Shown piece after piece: positions 51,565 through 62,131 of a DNA stretch of 64,000 nucleotides. Each line of letters opens with the position of its first letter. Position 1 is the first letter of the stretch. The translations under genes and the position numbers were made by a program. The notes under the pieces are model-generated. The model saw nothing but the letters and a program-made list of their open reading frames with translations. It made no database searches and was not told the origin of the DNA. This stretch comes from Oscillochloris sp. (lineage in GTDB: Bacteria > Chloroflexota > Chloroflexia > Chloroflexales > Chloroflexaceae): positions 4,659 through 68,658 of the forward strand of contig JAAUQO010000002.1 of the NCBI GenBank assembly GCA_012032775.1, read 5' to 3'.

Positions 51565-54305
51565 ATGACGTTTGTGAGTCCGCTCACGATCGAGCCGGCG
51601 ACATTCACCGATGAGTTGCAGTTCGTGATGGATTGCTTGCGCGAGGTGTTGCACGATGTTGGTGAGCCGGAACTCGCCCGCGTGCTGCCATGGAATGATG
51701 GTGATACGTCGCCGCAGCTCACTGCGGTCTCGCCTGAGCGGCTGGTACAGGCACTCTCGATCGCGTTTCAGTTGCTCGCCATGGTTGAACAGCGGGCGGC
51801 GGTACAATACCGGCGTAATCTTGAAACACGTCAGGGTCTGCCGGCGGTGCCGGCACTCTGGGGCGATACCCTACAGCAATTGCAAACATGTGGCCTCAAA
51901 GACCGTGAAATTGCCGCCGCCCTGCCTGAGATGCAAGTCGAGATTGTGTTGACCGCCCATCCAACCGAGGCCAAGCGTGCGACGGTGTTGGAGCATCATC
52001 GGGCGATGTACCTTATATTGGTGCGCCGGGCCGATCCCCGTTGGACACCATACGAGCAACAGGCGATCCGCCGTGAGATGCTGGCCCGCCTGACGACACT
52101 CTGGTGCACCGGCGAAATCTTTCTTGATAAGCCCGATATTGCCTCTGAACGGCGAAACATTATTCATTACCTGCGCTCGGTCTTCCCGGATGTGCTCACC
52201 TTGTTTGATGAGCGCTTGCGCCAGGCCTGGGCCGCCGCGCAGTTCGATCCCTCTTTGCTTGCCGATCCGGCCCAACTGCCGCAGATCTACTTTGGAACAT
52301 GGGTCGGCGGCGATCGGGACGGGCATCCGTTTGTGACCGCCGAGGTAACGCGGGAGACATTCGCTGCGTTGCGCTTGCAGGCATTACGCCTGCTTGAAGA
52401 TCAGTTGCGCGAGCTGGCGCGTTTCCTGAGCCTATCGGATCAGTTGCAATCGCCGCCGCCGCCGTTACTCACCCGGATCAGTGAGTCCGCGATCAGGCTT
52501 GGGAGTGTCGGGGCTGTGGCAATTGAGCGAAATCCGAACGAACCATGGCGTCAGTGGTTAAATATGATGTTGGCCCGCTTGCCGCTGCCGGAAAATCAAA
52601 CCGCCCACCACTACACCAGTGTCGCCGAACTCAGCGCCGATCTCGAGGTGCTTGCCGCAGGGTTGGAAACCATCGGGGCCAAAATCCTCGCCGAACAAAC
52701 GGTGCATCCGGCGCTGCGCAGTGTACGCACCTTCGGATTTCATCTGGCGACGCTTGATATTCGTCAGAACAGCCGCGTCCATGATCTGGCGCTGAGCCAG
52801 TTACTTGCCGCCGCCGGCTTCACCGAGCACGATGTCCTGGCATGGGATGAGCCGCGTCGCCTGGTGTTACTGGAGCAAGAGTTGGTTTCGCCACGGCCTT
52901 TTACTCGTGCGGAAGACGGGATTGGCCCGGAAGCCGACATGGTCTTGAGCAGCTATCGTACGCTCGTGGCTGAGTTGCGTGCCCATGGGCCGGACGGCAT
53001 CGGTGGATTGATCGTCAGTATGACCCGTAGCGTCGCCGATCTGCTGGCGGTCTACCTTTTTGCCCGTGAGGTCGGATTGCTGATGGATACGCCCGCAGGC
53101 CCGGCTTGTCCGCTCACGGTGGTGCCGTTGTTCGAGACGATCGATGATCTGGAACGCAGCCCGCAGATTCTGGCCGCGTTTCTCGATCACCCATTCACCA
53201 GGCGTAGTTTGGAAGCGCAACGCAGCTTGCGTGGCGGGCGCGATCTGGTGCAGCAGGTGATGGTAGGTTACAGCGACAGTAACAAGGACGGCGGCCTGGT
53301 TGCGAGTTTGTGGGCGCTTTATCGGGCGCAGGCGGCCCTGGCTGAAGTAGGTCGGGCGCGGGGTGTGCGGGTGCGCTTCTTTCACGGCCGCGGCGGTACG
53401 ATCAGTCGTGGCGCCGGGCCGATCCATCGCTTTCTGAAAGCGCTGCCCGCCGGCGCGGTGGGTGGTGATGTGCGTCTGACCGAGCAAGGTGAGACGATCG
53501 CCCAGAAGTATGCCAATCGGGTGACGGCCGGCTATAACCTGGAATTGCTGCTTTCCGGCGTAACACGGGCGGCTCTGTTGGAGCGCCACGTTTCCAACAT
53601 GCCCCACGAACTTGAGCCGGCGATGGATCAGCTTGCCGCCTGGAGTCGGACTGCCTACACTGAACTCCTCACAGCCGACGGATTCTTGCCATTCTTTCGC
53701 CAGGCCACCCCGGTCGATGCCCTGGAAGAGAGCCGGATCGGATCACGCCCGGCTCGGCGCACCGGTCAGGCGACATTAGCCGACTTACGGGCGATTCCCT
53801 GGGTGTTTAGTTGGAGCCAATCGCGCTTTTTTCTCTCCGGCTGGTATGGCGTCGGCACGGCACTGGCGCAACTTCAACAGCGCGATGCGGAAAGATTTGC
53901 AGCATTAGGACAACACCTGATTACCTGGGCGCCGTTGCACTATATTCTGAGTAATGCCGCCACCAGTGTGGCGATCGCGACCGCGAGATTATGGAGTGGT
54001 ATGCCGCCCTGGTGGATGATCCGGCGGTGCGACAGGCCATACTCCAGCGCATTCTCGTGGAGTACGAGCGCACGCAACAGATGCTGGAACTGGTGTATGG
54101 TGCGCCATTGGCCGAGCGACGGCCGAATGTGCAGGCGATGGTGCAGGTGCGTGCGCCGGGTTTGCGTGTATTGCACCGCCAGCAGGTCTCGTTGCTGCGA
54201 GCCTGGCGCACCCGGCGTGCCCGCGGCGACAATGCAGCCGATCTTTTGCCGCAATTGTTACTCACGATCAACGCAATCGCCGGTGGCCTCGGATCAACCG
54301 GGTAA
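51565..54305 (+). CDS. ppc: Phosphoenolpyruvate carboxylase (apparent 1-nt deletion ~53979)
   Basis: ORF 51304..54456 loses PEPC similarity after ...NAATSVAIA. ORF 53991..54305 supplies the true C-terminus (...DREIMEWYAALV...LLLTINAIAGGLGSTG). Conserved blocks VLTAHPTE, GYSDSNKDGG, FHGRGGTISRGAGP. Preferred start is ATG 51565 (GAGG 6 nt upstream). An in-frame upstream ATG at 51355 would add 70 aa. Confidence 0.9.
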
Positions 54306-54326
54306 GCTGCGACGCGCGTTGTTTGC

Positions 54327-55326
54327 TTACGCCTTGCGTGCGGCAAGTTGTTCCAGCAATCGGCAGTACTCCACCGCTTGCACACTCCACTTGATCCGGT
54401 CGTACACCTGGGTTGCGTTACGGGCCAGGGTTGCGCGGCGCTCCGGCTGCCGGTAGAGACTCAGTGCAATACGGGCCAACTCTTCCGGATCGTTGTTGTC
54501 GAAAAAGGCGATGCACTTGTCGTCGAAGTAATCTTCGAGCGCGGTCGAGCGGCTGATGATCGCCGGCTTATCGATCGAGATATACTCGAACATTTTGGTG
54601 GTATGTACCCAGCGGGTGGCCGCATCCTGACGCAGTGTAACCAGGCCGACATCGGCGGTTTGCAGCGCCGCCGCAAGCTCGGCATATGGCGCGAAGCCAC
54701 GAAAGCGTACGCTGCCGTTCAGCCCGAGATCTTCCGCCAGGGCTTTGAGTGGCTCCAGGGCTGTGCCTTTGCCGAAAATCTCCAACTGCGCGTCCGGAAT
54801 CTCGCGGCGCAGGATCGCCATTGCGCGCACAGCGGTGTCGATCCCGTAACGATCCTCAATTGAGCCGTGGGTGATCAGATGAAATGAGCCATTCGACGAT
54901 CGCACAGGGTTATCGACGCCGGTGATGAAACGATCGTGCTCCGGTGTATTCAGGGTTACCGTGAATGTTTCGGCCGGCGCCCCGCGCGCCACAAAGACAC
55001 GGATCATCGCTTTGTTGCAGGTAACGGCGTAATTCGGCGGCCGAACGCTCGATCCCGAAGCGCTGCTGCAAGGCCTGGATCGCCGGCCCGCTTTCGGCGA
55101 TCTCGGCATAGGTATTCTTGAGCCGAACGGCATATTCCAGCAGTCCATAATCAAGATCGGCCGAACGGGGTGAGACACGCATGGTGGCGGTGGCGCTATA
55201 GTTTGGCGTGAGCAGCCATGCGCCTGCGGCGGCAACCGCAATTGCGGCGATCACCGTGAACACGATAATCCAACGCCGGCGTAGCAAGATGTCAACATAA
55301 TGTTGTAGATGCATAGGTTGTCGCAT
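54327..55326 (-). pseudogene. Chimeric remnant: Wzz-type chain-length-determinant N-terminus joined to the C-terminal half of a GT4 glycosyltransferase (also frameshifted ~55030-55042)
   Basis: ORF 54910..55416 gives MHLQHYVDILLRRRWIIVFTVIAAIAVAAAGAWLLTPNYSATATMRV... (Wzz N-terminus plus TM). ORF 54327..55241 continues ...AMIRVFVARGAPAE, then the GT4 C-domain (FHLITHGSIEDRYGIDTAVRAMAIL...LEIFGKG...VRFRGF...). The GT4 N-domain and the Wzz C-terminal part are absent. Confidence 0.5.
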
Positions 55327-55478
55327 TCGCTTGCGACTGGTTGCAGCGGTGAGAGGGATGTTTGAATCGGGGTGCCGCCCGCAAGCAGCCGGATCCTGAC
55401 AGCATGTTTCGTCCACGCAGCCCTAATAATCCATACAATCGGCGGGGAGTGCCGGTTCAGGACATTGCGTAACTGCGG

Positions 55479-55576
55479 ATATAGCGATCCTATCCGGGTT
55501 GTGCAGTCGGTTCTGCGTACTGTTACCGCAGTTCCTGGTTCTGGGTTTTCGGTTCTGGTAGGATTGCTATAGCAGG
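55479..55576 (+). repeat. Copy C of the TIR-bounded heptamer-array element
   Basis: ATATAGCGATCCTATCCGGGTTGTGCAGTCGGTTCTGCG...GGTTCTGGTAGGATTGCTATAGCAGG. Lies in the divergent region between the Wzz/GT remnant and the ECF sigma gene. Confidence 0.85.
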
Positions 55577-55997
55577 AAACAAGGGCATCATGGCCGGGAT
55601 GTTCCTGCTGTCGATGATTGGCAAGACGCGTTCCAAGAGTTGTGCTATCGACACCGCAATCAGGACGTTATGAAATTGGAGGTTGAGTTGAAATGTAAAC
55701 CGGACGAATCTGATAGAGGGTAACTCCACAGCTCAAAAATACCATAGCACGGGCGCGATAGCTTGATCAAGCCAACTACACGCTATCGATAATGAATACT
55801 TTGTTATATAATTCGCACGCTCTACCCACTCGGTGCTGCTTTTGAATGCTAAGAAACAACTTTTAGCCCTATGGATCGTACCTGGTGAATTTTGGTGTCC
55901 GGCCTTTGGCTACTGTCCGGTTTCCAAGGCGATGTTGAAAACAAAGATTGATTCCCTTGTATGTTACAATCCAGTTGTGAGCGATCATGCTGATGAT

Positions 55998-56585
55998 ATG
56001 CAACTCTATGCCGCCTGCGGCGATGAGGGTAGTCTACGCCAGGTAGATGCCTTCGAGCAGTTGTGGGCATTCTTGTACCGTCGCGCATGGGCGATGGTGC
56101 ATGATCGCCGCAGCGCTGAGCAACTCGCCGCCGATTGTACCCAGGTGGCGCTGATCAAAATCCATCGCAGCTATGGGCAATGCCGTGAGCCGGAGCGCTT
56201 TCGGGCCTGGGCGGCCCAGATTATGCGGCGCACGGTGATCGATGAGCTACGCCGGCCTGAACATCGGCCGCAAGTCGATCTTGAGGTTGCCGCCGCGCTC
56301 CCGTCCGATAATCCGTCACCGGAAGCGATCCTGGCTGATGCCGATCTTGCGCGTGTGCTCCGTGCAGCGATCACGGGCCACGGCCTGAGTGATCGCTCGC
56401 AGCGGGTGGTGATCGGACGCTTTTTCGCCGAGCAAAGCGATGAAGTACTTGCCGCTGCCGAACAAGCCCTGGGTGCCGCGGATCTGCGGCCAAGCCACAT
56501 CCAGGTTACGCGGGCCAAAAATCTGGCTAAACTGCGCGCCGATCCGGCGCTGCTGGCGCAATTGCAGGATCTCCTTGCCGGTTAA
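55998..56585 (+). CDS. ECF-type sigma-70 family sigma factor
   Basis: About 195 aa from ATG 55998. Region 2 (...FEQLWAFLYRRAWAMV...DCTQVALIKIHRSY) and region 4 (LSDRSQRVVIGRFFAEQSDEVLAAA...VTRAKNLAKLR). Confidence 0.8.
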   Translation: MQLYAACGDEGSLRQVDAFEQLWAFLYRRAWAMVHDRRSAEQLAADCTQVALIKIHRSYGQCREPERFRAWAAQIMRRTVIDELRRPEHRPQVDLEVAAALPSDNPSPEAILADADLARVLRAAITGHGLSDRSQRVVIGRFFAEQSDEVLAAAEQALGAADLRPSHIQVTRAKNLAKLRADPALLAQLQDLLAG

Positions 56586-56720
56586 GGAAAGGTTTTCCCA
56601 CAGCCCCGCGTCATTATAGTAGCAGATGCGCGGTCGCCTGTTCAGAAGGCCGGTGTACACAGTCGCTTCGCCAGGCGGATGAGCCGCCGCTATGAACCGA
56701 ACCACAGTAAGGATACGGCT

Positions 56721-57467
56721 ATGGCCGAAGGAGAGCACAACCGGGCAGCGCAGCGTTTGGCGGAGATCCTGACGGTCGGCCATGATCCCGCCGCCTGCAT
56801 GGCGTGCCTGGACAATCTGGAATTGTATGTCGCCGCGCAACTCGCCGGCGATGATTACCGCGCCCGCTTCCCAATCGCGGCCGATCATCTTGATCGTTGC
56901 GTCGAGTGTGCCGAAGCCTACGCGCTCACCTACGACGATCTGCTTGAAGCGCTGCAACCGGCGCCGGATCTGCCGTTGCCGACGCCTGATTTTAGTTTTC
57001 TTGAACCGTATGCCGCCGGTGCATTAAGCCCCGCTGCGTTGCGTCGCAATCGAACGACCAGCTTGCCGAAGCTGATCGCCGCCGCCCTTACACCCCTGGC
57101 AAACGGCCTGCGCTTGCAGCTTTCTCAGGCCATTCTGGCGGCCCTTATGCCGCCGGTGCCGTTAGCGCTCCGAGATGCCGCCGAGCAGGCGCCCCTCACG
57201 GAGCTTTTGATCCCTGCGCCCGCTCCCGGGATCGCGCGCCTGGAACTACGGATTTATGCCGATCTGGTTGATCCGGCGCGGCGTGATCTGCGGGTGCGCG
57301 TCGAGCTACCCGATCGCGACTGGCCGGATCTGGCCGGGATTGGGTGTACGCTGCACCTCTCGACAGGTCCGTATCAGATCATCAGCGACCCATGGGGCGA
57401 GGCGGTCGTTACCGGCATTCGGGCCGAGGAACTGGATAACCTTGCGCTGGAAATACGGCGCCCGTAG
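56721..57467 (+). CDS. Putative zinc-binding (ZAS-type, HxxxCxxC) anti-sigma factor, apparently cytoplasmic
   Basis: AAGGA SD before ATG 56721. CMAC ... LYVAAQL ... HLDRCVEC (nt 56886-56909) matches the zf-HC2 anti-sigma signature. It lies directly downstream of the ECF sigma gene. Confidence 0.65.
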   Translation: MAEGEHNRAAQRLAEILTVGHDPAACMACLDNLELYVAAQLAGDDYRARFPIAADHLDRCVECAEAYALTYDDLLEALQPAPDLPLPTPDFSFLEPYAAGALSPAALRRNRTTSLPKLIAAALTPLANGLRLQLSQAILAALMPPVPLALRDAAEQAPLTELLIPAPAPGIARLELRIYADLVDPARRDLRVRVELPDRDWPDLAGIGCTLHLSTGPYQIISDPWGEAVVTGIRAEELDNLALEIRRP

Positions 57468-57505
57468 CGCAAAAAAACAGCTTGTTCCAGCCTGCCGCAG
57501 GCAGA

Positions 57506-59917
57506 TCATCCCGTTACGTCGGCGGCTCGCCCGAGTGATTGCCTAACGCGTGTAATCTGATAGGCGGCCCAGAACTCAGGCGCGCTGAAGGGTTGGCTGC
57601 CGTCGGCTCTGGTATACGCTCGCAAGGCTAGTTGGGCCGTGCGTAACATCGCCGCCGGGTAGGGTTGATCGCCGGCTGCTTCGAGTTCGCGGTAAAAATA
57701 CTCCATCAATAAGCGGGCCGATTCATCCTCGACCGGCCATTGGGTCACCAGAACTGCCTGTGCGCCGGCGCTTAGAAAGGCTCGCACCAACCCGATCGGT
57801 TCATCGCCGCGCAGCACCCGGCTCATCCCGCTGCGGCAGGCGCTCAATGTAACCAGTTCGGCGTGTAAGCGTGGCCCGGCCAGCACATCAGCCGCCGTAA
57901 GGCGCTGTCCATCGCCCAGCAGCAGCGCCGATTCAAGCGGTTCATCGAGCCGGAATTCGCCGTGGCATGCCAGGTGTAAGCGCCGATAGTGCGGTGCTTC
58001 GGCCAGTAATCGCGCTGCGGCGTCGGCCCCCGGCGCAAACAGGTCGCCGCCGCAAATCCGTACCACCACCTGGGCCTCGACAGCGGTATGGCGCAAGTCG
58101 CCGCTGTCGTCGCCAAGCGCCAGACACATGCGCGCTGCGCTCGCGCTGGGTTTGGGCGAGCGCAGTAACATCGTGACACTCGGCGTATAACTCAGTTCGA
58201 GCGCCTGCTCGATCAGTGCTGTGCCGTCGGGATGGTGCAGCGCGACAAAGGGTAATTGGTGCAAGGGGCCGTGCGGCACGATCGTGACCCGCTCGGCGCT
58301 GCGCAGCAGATCGCTTACCGGGCCGAACAGGGCCTCGGAGCAACGCCGCAAAATCGCCGGCCGTAAAAAGCGCCTTCCGTCGCTCAGGTATGCCGAGGTT
58401 CCGTGGAGTATATTCGGATCAAGTGGACAGATGTGGGCGCGTAATCCGCTGTGGGTAAGTGCGAAAAGCACAATTCCGGCCGGCACCGCCACCGCTTCAC
58501 GGACGCCGCTTGCCTCGGGTGGAATCGCTGCCAGCAGCGCTCGTTCCGGCCCGGCCACACCTGTTGTAAAGTAGGCCAGTACCAATTCGCCCGGCTGCAG
58601 GGCCGCACATGCGCTCGCCGCATCGATCGGCATAACCGGTTCGGCAACTGCGCCGGCCCGCCGCGCCAGCAGATCGGCAAAGGCGCGCGCGCGCGCACGC
58701 TCGGCATAGTGAAAGGCCGTGGCCGGATCATCGTCGGCAAGGGCGGACAGCACACCCTCTTCGAAAATTGTCTGCCAGCGCCCCATCAACCCGATCAAGA
58801 GTCCCTGGTCGGCCAGGGGCGCCCGATGGGCCTCGACGGCTGCGGCCGCTTCAGCCAGATCAGCGCGCGCTGCGGCATGATCGCCCAGCCGGCGCCGCGC
58901 ATGTGCTACGCGGTAACGCAACATCGGCGCAATATCACTTCGCCCGATGTTGGCGGCCAGTTCCAGTGCCGCACCATACTCCAGCAGCGCCGCCTGCTCG
59001 TAGCCCTGCGCCTGTTGGGCCAGTCCACGATGCAGCAGCGTATCCACCACATACACCCGCGTCTCCATCAGGTCGAGCGCAACGGCAAAACTGCCTAACG
59101 CATCGGCAACTGCGCCGCTCAGCAGTTGCACCTCGCCGATATTGTTGCGCACCCGGCCCAGCAGATCGGCGGCATCGGCGGCGGTGAAGACCAGTGCCGC
59201 CGCTTCGGATGCCGCCAGCGACTCGTTCCAGCGTCCCAGGTCACGATACACCAGGCCCAATTCCATACGGCTCAACGCACCGCGATACTCGTCGCCCAGG
59301 GCTGCAAAGCGTTCGGCGGCGGCCAGAAATGCTTGCTCGGCAGCGGCATAATCCTGTAATTCATAGGCTAAAATACCGCTGTTCAGTAATGCCCTGGCAT
59401 GGCGCCCGGTATCGCCGCGCCGCTGCCAGATCGTCATACTCGCGTCGTACCAGGCGCGGGCCTGCTGATAATCGCCTTGCATACGGGCGAATACCGCGCC
59501 GCTGTTCAAGGCGCGCCCACGCACCCCTTCGTCCAGATCAGGTTCGTTCAGCAAGGCGGCAAATCCGCTGCGGGCCTCGGCCAGTTGATCGCGCAGCCCG
59601 GCGCCGAGCGCACGGTAAAAACGGAGCAACTGACGGTGTCGGGCCAGATACAATTGCGCAAGCGGAACTTGCTGCACCAGTTCAGTCAATTCCGTCGGCG
59701 CCTGCTGGATCGTCAGTTCAAGTGTTTGTTCAAGTAGTTCGACATAACGCTGCTCAGACGCAGGATCGTCGCTCAGTAAGTGGCTCGCCAGGATGGGTAA
59801 GATTGCCGCCAGTGTTGTCCGGCGGCGCGCCGGCTCCAGATTCACCAACGCCGAATCATCACCGGCGGCGAGTGTCTGGGCAACCCTGTGTAATAGCTGG
59901 TCTGCGTGATCGTTCAT
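57506..59917 (-). CDS. TPR-repeat protein with C-terminal CHAT (caspase-fold) protease domain
   Basis: 803 aa with multiple TPR-like units in the N-terminal two thirds. C-terminal CHAT with His and Cys motifs (RLHLACHGEF ... ELVTLSACRSGMS ... AFLSAGAQAVLVTQWPV). Confidence 0.85.
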   Translation of the reverse strand: MNDHADQLLHRVAQTLAAGDDSALVNLEPARRRTTLAAILPILASHLLSDDPASEQRYVELLEQTLELTIQQAPTELTELVQQVPLAQLYLARHRQLLRFYRALGAGLRDQLAEARSGFAALLNEPDLDEGVRGRALNSGAVFARMQGDYQQARAWYDASMTIWQRRGDTGRHARALLNSGILAYELQDYAAAEQAFLAAAERFAALGDEYRGALSRMELGLVYRDLGRWNESLAASEAAALVFTAADAADLLGRVRNNIGEVQLLSGAVADALGSFAVALDLMETRVYVVDTLLHRGLAQQAQGYEQAALLEYGAALELAANIGRSDIAPMLRYRVAHARRRLGDHAAARADLAEAAAAVEAHRAPLADQGLLIGLMGRWQTIFEEGVLSALADDDPATAFHYAERARARAFADLLARRAGAVAEPVMPIDAASACAALQPGELVLAYFTTGVAGPERALLAAIPPEASGVREAVAVPAGIVLFALTHSGLRAHICPLDPNILHGTSAYLSDGRRFLRPAILRRCSEALFGPVSDLLRSAERVTIVPHGPLHQLPFVALHHPDGTALIEQALELSYTPSVTMLLRSPKPSASAARMCLALGDDSGDLRHTAVEAQVVVRICGGDLFAPGADAAARLLAEAPHYRRLHLACHGEFRLDEPLESALLLGDGQRLTAADVLAGPRLHAELVTLSACRSGMSRVLRGDEPIGLVRAFLSAGAQAVLVTQWPVEDESARLLMEYFYRELEAAGDQPYPAAMLRTAQLALRAYTRADGSQPFSAPEFWAAYQITRVRQSLGRAADVTG

Positions 59918-60082
59918 ACTACCCCGGCAATCAGGAAAGGTCTGCTCGCTTTAGCTCGTCATGGGGTTGGGAGTGTAGGTATAGCCGGTTTTTAAATACA
60001 TGTCAAACGACCCTGATAGACCCTGTATCCTGTATCCGTACCCTTAGCCTGTACCTGCATCCGCAATCTGAAGGAGATATGC

Positions 60083-62131
60083 ATGCTCCGTTCGCTCTTG
60101 TTGATGCTGATTCTGGTGGCGCCGCTGGCGTTCATCGCACCTACCGCAGCACAGCCGGATGGGCCGCCGATCGCGATCGATCTCACGGTATCATTAGAAT
60201 GGGAGCCGGGCGAACTCACGCTTGCCGAAATACTGCCGGCCGATTGTGCTTCACGCAGCAACACCGCCTACAGCGAAGATCTACGCCAGGGGTTACGTGC
60301 GGCAGCCGCCTATTTGTACAGTTACACCCGCGGCACGATCACACTCGGCAATGTGCAGATCTTCAGTGGCGGCGCCCAGTGGGAGCAGGCCGATATTCGC
60401 GTGCTGGCGAGTAGCGGCTACCGGCCGAGTGCATTCGTTGGCGGCAGTGTCGCTACCCCGACTCTGCGCGAGGTTACGCCCGGTCGAGCCGTGATCTACT
60501 ACCCCGGCCCAACGCTGCTCGGCCGGCTCTGGGATGGTAATCCCGAGCGGCGTGGCGCCCGTTGCGGCCCATGGTCGTCGCCGTCCGGCTGGCGCACGAT
60601 CGGCCACGAATTGGCCCACCAGGTGCTGTTTCTCTACGATCAGTATGCCACACTGGAAGGCGCACCCCGGCGCTGTAGCTTCACCGGTTTGGCGCGCAAT
60701 GTACGCCCGAATCTGCTGGGCGGCGCCGATACGCTGATGTCCTACCATTACAGCGCCGATGAATTGTTGCTTACTTCCCCGGCCGGAAATCCGGCCTGTG
60801 CCGGTACCGCGCACGAGCACATCTACGCCGATCGCAGTGAGTGGCAGGCGCTGCGCACCGTATTCCCGTCTCTGCCGGAAACCCCGCCGCCACCTCCAGG
60901 TTCCGATCTGCCGGAACTGCTCGGCGAGATCGATCGGCTTGGACTGGCCGATGTGCAGTTCGCCACTGCGCCACCGGATCGCGATACAACGGCGCCATTG
61001 GTACTCACTGCACCTGCGCCCGCGCCCGCCACGCCGGTCTACGCCGAAGTGTATCTGGTCGAGCGCGACCCGAATAATGGCTTGCAGCAGATTATCGGTC
61101 AGGGTTGGGCGTTGCCCGGCGAATCCATTGCCCCGCCGCTGCTGGGAATCGCGCCGCAGAATGCCAGCCGGGCGGTCGCATTTGTCGAAGATGTTTCGGG
61201 CGGCATGCGCTACGCAAGCCCGCCGAGTGATAGCGGTGCCGGCATCGAGCCTGCAACGGCCGCCGTCAATCTCGGCCTCAGCGCAAGCACCTGGCGTCCG
61301 CAGATCCGGATTATCCCCGAACTCCGGCCGACACTGGTGCTGAGCCAGGATGTGCGGGCAACCGAGGTTGCTGCGCTCCGGGTGGAATTGCAGGATTGCA
61401 ACCGCATGACGAAGAACGTCGAGTTTACGTACTGCCCGGCCGGCGGCAGATGCAGCGGCCCCGCCCTTGTTACCGCCGACGGGGACAATATACTGCGCTA
61501 CACCTTCTACTTCCCGCTGACAAACGGCGCGGCGCCGGCAGCCAGTGTCCGTGGCTATATCCACGCCCGTGAAACGAGTCGTGGTGAAGAGGCGGTGGTC
61601 TGGTATCAAATCGGCGGCGGTGTGGGGCCGGCCCACGGCGATGCCCATGCACCACTGGTAGACGGCCTGTTGAATACCGATCTTGCGCCGGCAACACCCG
61701 GCCCCGCGCGTGATTCGCGGTTGCTCCACAGCCCTACCGCAGTTTGTACGCAATTGCCGGTTACTTCAGGAGTAACGATCTTAGGCAGTCCGTTCAATGT
61801 CGAGCCGGTTGTCGCGACCGAGCAGCAAAGCCGCAGTTGGGGCAGCGATCCGGCTGATCCGCCGCTCAGTATCAGAATGGGCTACACGCCCGATCTTCTG
61901 GCGCGCCTGGGGGTGAATGAGGAAGATCTGGTGTTGTTGCGTTTGAACGCCGATAATCCGCAATTCCCGCCGTTTTGGGAACTGGTCTCGCCGTTGCAAC
62001 TTGCCGGACACGATCGCGAGCTTGATTGGCTGGCGCTGAACGCAATTCCATTTCGCGGCGCAGGTGCGATCGTGGCCCTTGGTTACCGCAATACACACCG
62101 GCTGGGCTTGCCGTTGCTGGCGCAGCCCTGA
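60083..62131 (+). CDS. Secreted putative zinc metalloprotease (HEXXH) with large C-terminal region
   Basis: AAGGAG SD. Signal peptide MLRSLLLMLILVAPLAFIAPTAAQP. Motif WRTIGHELAHQVLFLYDQY. The protein ends ...HRLGLPLLAQP. Confidence 0.7.
   Translation: MLRSLLLMLILVAPLAFIAPTAAQPDGPPIAIDLTVSLEWEPGELTLAEILPADCASRSNTAYSEDLRQGLRAAAAYLYSYTRGTITLGNVQIFSGGAQWEQADIRVLASSGYRPSAFVGGSVATPTLREVTPGRAVIYYPGPTLLGRLWDGNPERRGARCGPWSSPSGWRTIGHELAHQVLFLYDQYATLEGAPRRCSFTGLARNVRPNLLGGADTLMSYHYSADELLLTSPAGNPACAGTAHEHIYADRSEWQALRTVFPSLPETPPPPPGSDLPELLGEIDRLGLADVQFATAPPDRDTTAPLVLTAPAPAPATPVYAEVYLVERDPNNGLQQIIGQGWALPGESIAPPLLGIAPQNASRAVAFVEDVSGGMRYASPPSDSGAGIEPATAAVNLGLSASTWRPQIRIIPELRPTLVLSQDVRATEVAALRVELQDCNRMTKNVEFTYCPAGGRCSGPALVTADGDNILRYTFYFPLTNGAAPAASVRGYIHARETSRGEEAVVWYQIGGGVGPAHGDAHAPLVDGLLNTDLAPATPGPARDSRLLHSPTAVCTQLPVTSGVTILGSPFNVEPVVATEQQSRSWGSDPADPPLSIRMGYTPDLLARLGVNEEDLVLLRLNADNPQFPPFWELVSPLQLAGHDRELDWLALNAIPFRGAGAIVALGYRNTHRLGLPLLAQP

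Noticed and set aside
57506-59917. TPR-CHAT gene as part of a bona fide type III-E CRISPR-Cas (Craspase) locus
   Set aside because: No Cas7-11/gRAMP-like giant gene, cas1/2 or repeat array exists anywhere in the 64 kb. Only the architectural analogy is retained as a hypothesis.
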